Below the pieces are notes generated by a model. It had not been told where the DNA came from and searched no databases. It was given only the letters and a program-made list of their open reading frames with translations. From Candidatus Zixiibacteriota bacterium (lineage in GTDB: Bacteria > Zixibacteria > MSB-5A5 > WJJR01), in assembly GCA_036170655.1 (NCBI GenBank), contig JAVHPP010000032.1, positions 1-18,058 on the forward strand: 18,058 bases of DNA, written 5' to 3'. This document shows positions 13,960-18,058 of the stretch, one piece after another (position 1 is the first letter of the stretch; every line of letters starts with the position of its first letter). The position numbers and the translations under genes are program-made.

Positions 13960-16712
13960 CGGTTCGATCCTGATGGTTTCGGAGACTTCTCCGTTTTCGA
14001 AGAGTCAGTGGCGTTCGGGTGAGCCATGAATGTGTCAACGCGTTTCTCCAGTGTTTCGATCCGTTCTTGGAGACGTTTCCGGTCCTCGGTGGCCTCGTCA
14101 AACTTCTTGGCCATGGTATTGGGCTGGTCTTCTGGCTTCTTGTTGCGAATGGCGCCGATGGCATCGCGTGCGGCCTGACGTTCCGACGGCTGGAGACTCT
14201 GCCTTTCGACTCGCTCCAAAGCCGGAATCGATTTGTCTTGATGCAGCTTGCCCAGCGCTCCCATGACCGGTCTGCGGAAATTCATATTGCGATCGCCAAG
14301 ATAAACCTCCAGCGCCAGCCGGGTCTTGTCCAGCGTCCGGTTGTCCTTTTCGAATTCGGCCACAGACGCGATCAATCTCACTGCGGCAGCGCGGATCGGT
14401 GTCGGATTTCCGGGACGAATGTAACGAAGGGCGAGACCGGTCAAAGCCGGGTCCTTGCTGCGCTCGAGGGCCGAGAGGGCGTCGATCTCGACCGTGTGTT
14501 TCTCAGTGCGCTGTTCCAGCGCCCAGCGGGCGAGCGGCACGGCGCGATCCGGATCGACCATTGAGGCGGCGTCCACGGCCGAGCCCCGCAGGGGGGCAAT
14601 CGCATTTGACTTGGCCAGCGCTTCCAGGCGGTCGAACACTTTCTTGTCCCCCTCGAACTTCGCGAGCGCATAAATGACAGAGTTGCGGGTGCGGGCATCC
14701 GGATCGTCCCAAGCGGTCAGGAGGGAATCGCGGGCATCATCGCCACCCAACTGCGCCAGCGCGTCCGCGGCAGCGCGACGGATCGCGGGCTGGATGTCAC
14801 GGCGCAGTGCCGTAGTGAGAACGCCCACGATTTGCGGCGACTTTTCCCGCTCTCCGAGCGCGGTGACGGCACGCAGACGGGCGATGACGCGGTCCGGATC
14901 CCGCGCCTGCGCGACCAGCGCGGACACCGGCGGCTTGTATTCGAAGCGGGACAAGAGCCATTCATCGGGATCGAAGAGGATGTAGACCGGCGCCGTCTCG
15001 GTCATGAAGTAAAATGTGTTGTCTGCTTCATAGATTTGTACACGGCGCCGTTCGCGCCCCTGTGCGGTCACCCATTCAATGTCGAGCGGGAAATCAAACA
15101 CGGGGGTCACCGCGTCAACCTTCTGGGTCTGGTGAACATCGATCCGCAGCATCTTCGTATCGGTACCGTAGCTGGTCTCGATCTTCAGTTCCGGATGGCC
15201 GCCGTGGTAGATCCACTGATTGAAGAAGCCATCGAAGTCGCGGCCGCTGACTGTCTCGAAGGCGCGCTTGAGATCCTCGGTTTCCACAGTGCGCGTGGCG
15301 TTGTCGGTCACATAACGATGGATCCCGGCCCACCACAGCGAATCACCGAGAATTCCATGGATCATGTGCAGTACCGCCCCGCCACGGCTGTAGGCGTATC
15401 CATCGAATAGGTCGCTGGGCGAATCGTACTGGTGATGAACGGTGGAGCGGCGATAACGGCGTGTGGCGCCGAGCGCGCCCTGGAGAGTCCCGGTCATGCT
15501 CAAGAGGAAGCGGTCGTGCCCCCATCGGTGTTCTTCCCAAAGATCACCGAAGTAAGTGGCGAATCCTTCATTGAGCCAGGCGTGCGCCCAGTCACGGCAG
15601 GTCAAGAGGTCGCCGAACCACTGGTGCGCAAGTTCATGCGCGACCAGCCCGTTGGCGCCATCGCGGTAGAAATCGGCGGCTTCGGGCCCGTAGAGGACAC
15701 GCTCGTTCTCGATGGTTAGTGACGCGTTTTCCATGCCACCGTAAACGAAGTCCGGGACGATGGCCTGCGCATACTTCTCGAACGGAAAGGGAACGCCAAT
15801 TTTTTCGGCAAAGAACTCAATCATGCCGGGGGTCTCGCCGAGCGACCGTTGCAGCTTCTCTCCCTCACCTTTGCGGCAGTAGTAAGTCACCGGCAATCCG
15901 TCGATTGTCTTTTGCACGAGAGAATCGAATTCGCCGACCGCGAGAGCAATGAGATAGGTGGAAATCGGGATTTTCTCCACCCAATGGAACGTGCGCGTGC
16001 CATCGGGGTTGTCGTCTTGACGGGCCAAAGCGCCGTTGGAAACCACTACATACGGCTGCGGCGTCGTGATATTAATCTGGGCTGTGCCCTTGTCATCGGG
16101 GTAGTCATACCCGGGGAACCAGTAACGATTGTCCTCTTCTTCCCCTTGAGACCAGATGATCGGCGCCTTTTCGGGGTCCTCTTTCACCGACGGGATAAAA
16201 TAGAGACCCATGGCAGGTTCGCCGCGATACTCGATGCGTATCCATGTCGTCTCCGGTGGGGACAGAGGCGGGTTGAATTCTACGTCGAGTCCATTATCCC
16301 CCCCGGTGAATGTCAAGTCGTGCCCGGTGGCGTCCTTGACCACTGTGATGGTCAGACGTTCGGCATCAAGGTGGAGACGTTGCAGCTTGGGAACCACCGG
16401 CGTGAACGTGAGGGTGACTGATCCTTCCACCCGCACAACGGCGGGATCGAGACGCAGGTCCAGACGCGTGTCGATCAGATCAATCTGGTGGTCGCGTCCC
16501 CAGTGCCACGCGGAAGAATCGGGCTGCCAGCGGTCGTCGGCAACGTCGGCGCGGGCGGAGGAGGCCTGCAGGGTGCAAATCCAGCCTAGAATGAATCCGG
16601 CTACGAGTGCCACCGTCATGGCAGACCGCAGGCATGGGGGAACCAGTGGTCGTTGGCTCGGGTTCGTCATCTGAACAGAGTGGCGCAAGTGTGGTATCCC
16701 GGGTTTGAACAC
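13956..16712 (-). CDS. M1 family zinc aminopeptidase with C-terminal HEAT repeats, coiled coil and probable N-terminal signal peptide
   Basis: GGMEN exopeptidase motif, HELAH-x18-E (WLNEGFATY) and catalytic Tyr in YAYSRGG. HEAT-like repeats (IRRAAADALAQLG, FRRPVMGALGKL) and a terminal heptad segment follow. GTG start with AGGAGG 6 nt upstream. Confidence 0.93.
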   Translation of the reverse strand: MFKPGIPHLRHSVQMTNPSQRPLVPPCLRSAMTVALVAGFILGWICTLQASSARADVADDRWQPDSSAWHWGRDHQIDLIDTRLDLRLDPAVVRVEGSVTLTFTPVVPKLQRLHLDAERLTITVVKDATGHDLTFTGGDNGLDVEFNPPLSPPETTWIRIEYRGEPAMGLYFIPSVKEDPEKAPIIWSQGEEEDNRYWFPGYDYPDDKGTAQINITTPQPYVVVSNGALARQDDNPDGTRTFHWVEKIPISTYLIALAVGEFDSLVQKTIDGLPVTYYCRKGEGEKLQRSLGETPGMIEFFAEKIGVPFPFEKYAQAIVPDFVYGGMENASLTIENERVLYGPEAADFYRDGANGLVAHELAHQWFGDLLTCRDWAHAWLNEGFATYFGDLWEEHRWGHDRFLLSMTGTLQGALGATRRYRRSTVHHQYDSPSDLFDGYAYSRGGAVLHMIHGILGDSLWWAGIHRYVTDNATRTVETEDLKRAFETVSGRDFDGFFNQWIYHGGHPELKIETSYGTDTKMLRIDVHQTQKVDAVTPVFDFPLDIEWVTAQGRERRRVQIYEADNTFYFMTETAPVYILFDPDEWLLSRFEYKPPVSALVAQARDPDRVIARLRAVTALGEREKSPQIVGVLTTALRRDIQPAIRRAAADALAQLGGDDARDSLLTAWDDPDARTRNSVIYALAKFEGDKKVFDRLEALAKSNAIAPLRGSAVDAASMVDPDRAVPLARWALEQRTEKHTVEIDALSALERSKDPALTGLALRYIRPGNPTPIRAAAVRLIASVAEFEKDNRTLDKTRLALEVYLGDRNMNFRRPVMGALGKLHQDKSIPALERVERQSLQPSERQAARDAIGAIRNKKPEDQPNTMAKKFDEATEDRKRLQERIETLEKRVDTFMAHPNATDSSKTEKSPKPSGSNR

Positions 16713-16817
16713 TCATTGCCTCCTGGTGGAAGGATCAGCCATCTTTCGGACGCAGCAATAAACAAGCCCGTGCGATTATTGGTCTGCGCGGGCTTCAACG
16801 CGGACAACAAACAGCAA

Positions 16818-16846
16818 AAGATACAGGATTTGCCGATCGACTTCAA
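16818..16846 (-). promoter_or_regulatory. Candidate sigma70-type promoter for the aminopeptidase-mobB operon
   Basis: The minus strand reads TTGAAG-N17-TATCTT about 105 bp upstream of the GTG start, in a locally AT-rich patch. Confidence 0.45.
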
Positions 16847-17053
16847 AAGAAACCGGTTCTGTTCATGTTATGAAGAGCCATGTGCATCAAGGGTCTCGTC
16901 GGTTGGCAGAGTTGCGACCAAGTCCCAGTGCCCCTGTCGTTTGCCTTGGCGTCAGTCGCGGCAAGGCAGTATCTTGGTTTGGTATGGAGTCTCTTGGGAC
17001 GACATGCGGGGCAATGTATATCCGGTATCCAGCATGATCCGGGTTCCACTCCG

Positions 17054-18058
17054 ATGATCTCAATCCTGCCGACAATGATCCGACGGAATCCGGCCATCCT
17101 GTGCCTTCTGGGGCTGCAGATTCTGTGCGGTTACCTGTCGCTTCGATTCGAGCCGATTCTTGTGGCCTTGCCTTTGCTGGTGACCGTGATAACGGTCTCG
17201 TTCTTTTGGTCACATTTGGGTCTTCTGATTTTGATTCTGTCCTGGTTCTTTCCGGTTGCCTTGTCGGAGTCCATGGGCATCTACCCCGCAGATATCCTCC
17301 TGTTCGCCATCGTTGGCGGGTACCTGGTACGCTCCCTGACAGAAGGGCAACCCCCGGTCAGACGCACGCCCCTGAATCTGTGGATCTTCCTTTGGATGGG
17401 GGCATTGGCGTTGTCTGTCCTGCAAGCGGTAGACCTTTCGATGGCCGTCAAGAGCTGGTTTCGACATGCTCAGCTGTTTCTCTTGTATTTTGCCCTTGTC
17501 GGATTCACCCGGATTGCGGACATACGACGCACATTGACGCTGTTCGTTGGGCTTTGCCTGGTATTTTCCCTGTGGAATATCACGACGTTTGTCAGAGCGG
17601 CTGGTACTGTCAGAGCTTTCGGTCCGGCGCACGTGCTCTTCTCGGGTTTTCTGGCGCTGGTCGGAACATTCGCCACGGCAGGCTTCCTGTTTGCCAACCG
17701 GTCACGGCCCAGATTTCTTTGGGGCGTGGCCCTATGTATCATCGCTGCAGGTCAGATGGCCAATCAAAGCCGGGGCGCCATGATCCAGATGGTCACGGGG
17801 ATGATCTTTGTCACGTGGAACGCCCACCGTTGGAGTCGCCAGCATCTTCGTCCCGCCATGCGCCGCCGGATAGTGGTCCTGACTGGCTTCGCCGTCATGG
17901 GTCTGCTGATTGCTTTCCTTCTCACGAGCCCGCTCGTTTCGAAAGTGCTGACACGCTACGCAACACAGGAGGGTAACCCGCTCGCGACCGCGCAGATGAG
18001 GGTCTTCCTCTGGGGATCGGCTCTTCAGATGTTCGGTGAGCATCCCTTCTTTGGTGTG
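17054..18058 (+). CDS. O-antigen ligase / Wzy_C family membrane protein (truncated at window end)
   Basis: Not in the ORF track because no stop falls in the window. Manual translation from the ATG at 17054 stays open for 335 codons and is multi-TM, with ANQSRGAMI and RVFLWGSALQMFGEHPFFGV motifs typical of O-antigen ligase-like proteins. Alternative in-frame starts are TTG 16994 and ATG 17075. Confidence 0.85.
   Translation, partial: MISILPTMIRRNPAILCLLGLQILCGYLSLRFEPILVALPLLVTVITVSFFWSHLGLLILILSWFFPVALSESMGIYPADILLFAIVGGYLVRSLTEGQPPVRRTPLNLWIFLWMGALALSVLQAVDLSMAVKSWFRHAQLFLLYFALVGFTRIADIRRTLTLFVGLCLVFSLWNITTFVRAAGTVRAFGPAHVLFSGFLALVGTFATAGFLFANRSRPRFLWGVALCIIAAGQMANQSRGAMIQMVTGMIFVTWNAHRWSRQHLRPAMRRRIVVLTGFAVMGLLIAFLLTSPLVSKVLTRYATQEGNPLATAQMRVFLWGSALQMFGEHPFFGV

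Noticed and set aside
16480..16716. 78-aa ORF whose ATG sits next to the aminopeptidase RBS (possible overlapping uORF)
   Set aside because: The ATG is only 2 nt from AGGAGG, whereas the GTG at 16712 has a 6-nt spacing. The peptide has no recognisable features.
16926..16972. JUMPstart/ops-like element before the polysaccharide gene
   Set aside because: Only GGCAGTA loosely resembles GGCGGTAG, and the rest of the consensus is absent.
17101..17976. 291-aa plus-strand ORF in the track
   Set aside because: It is an out-of-frame shadow of the O-antigen ligase-like frame starting at 17054, which carries the family motifs.

Overview
A GC-rich bacterial chromosomal segment, probably from a diderm (it encodes an O-antigen ligase-type protein and a signal-peptide-bearing peptidase), made mostly of housekeeping genes. 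The left part is a minus-strand pentose phosphate cluster: MFS transporter, rpe, pgi (transaldolase-less form of the Tal-Pgi type), short-form gnd, zwf and opcA (cut by the window edge). The middle holds a SWIB/MDM2 protein with a histone H1-like Lys/Ala/Pro tail, an AtoE-type short-chain fatty acid transporter, a DUF4234-like membrane protein, a dCMP deaminase, a KimA-like APC transporter and an orphan Arg-rich small ORF. The right part holds mobB coupled to an M1 aminopeptidase with HEAT repeats, then a divergent O-antigen ligase family gene that runs off the window. Both convergent intergenic gaps carry small non-coding repeat elements: a GTAG-type REP doublet (9139-9298) and a 217-bp MITE-like element with 15-bp terminal inverted repeats around an inverted palindrome pair (13163-13379). 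I found no CRISPR array, rRNA, tRNA, transposase or clear defence system, and I cannot support a complete new multi-gene system. The best leads are the split catalytic architecture of the Pgi, the nested MITE-like element, the H1-like SWIB protein and the orphan basic ORF. All family calls come from motif recognition, not database searches.
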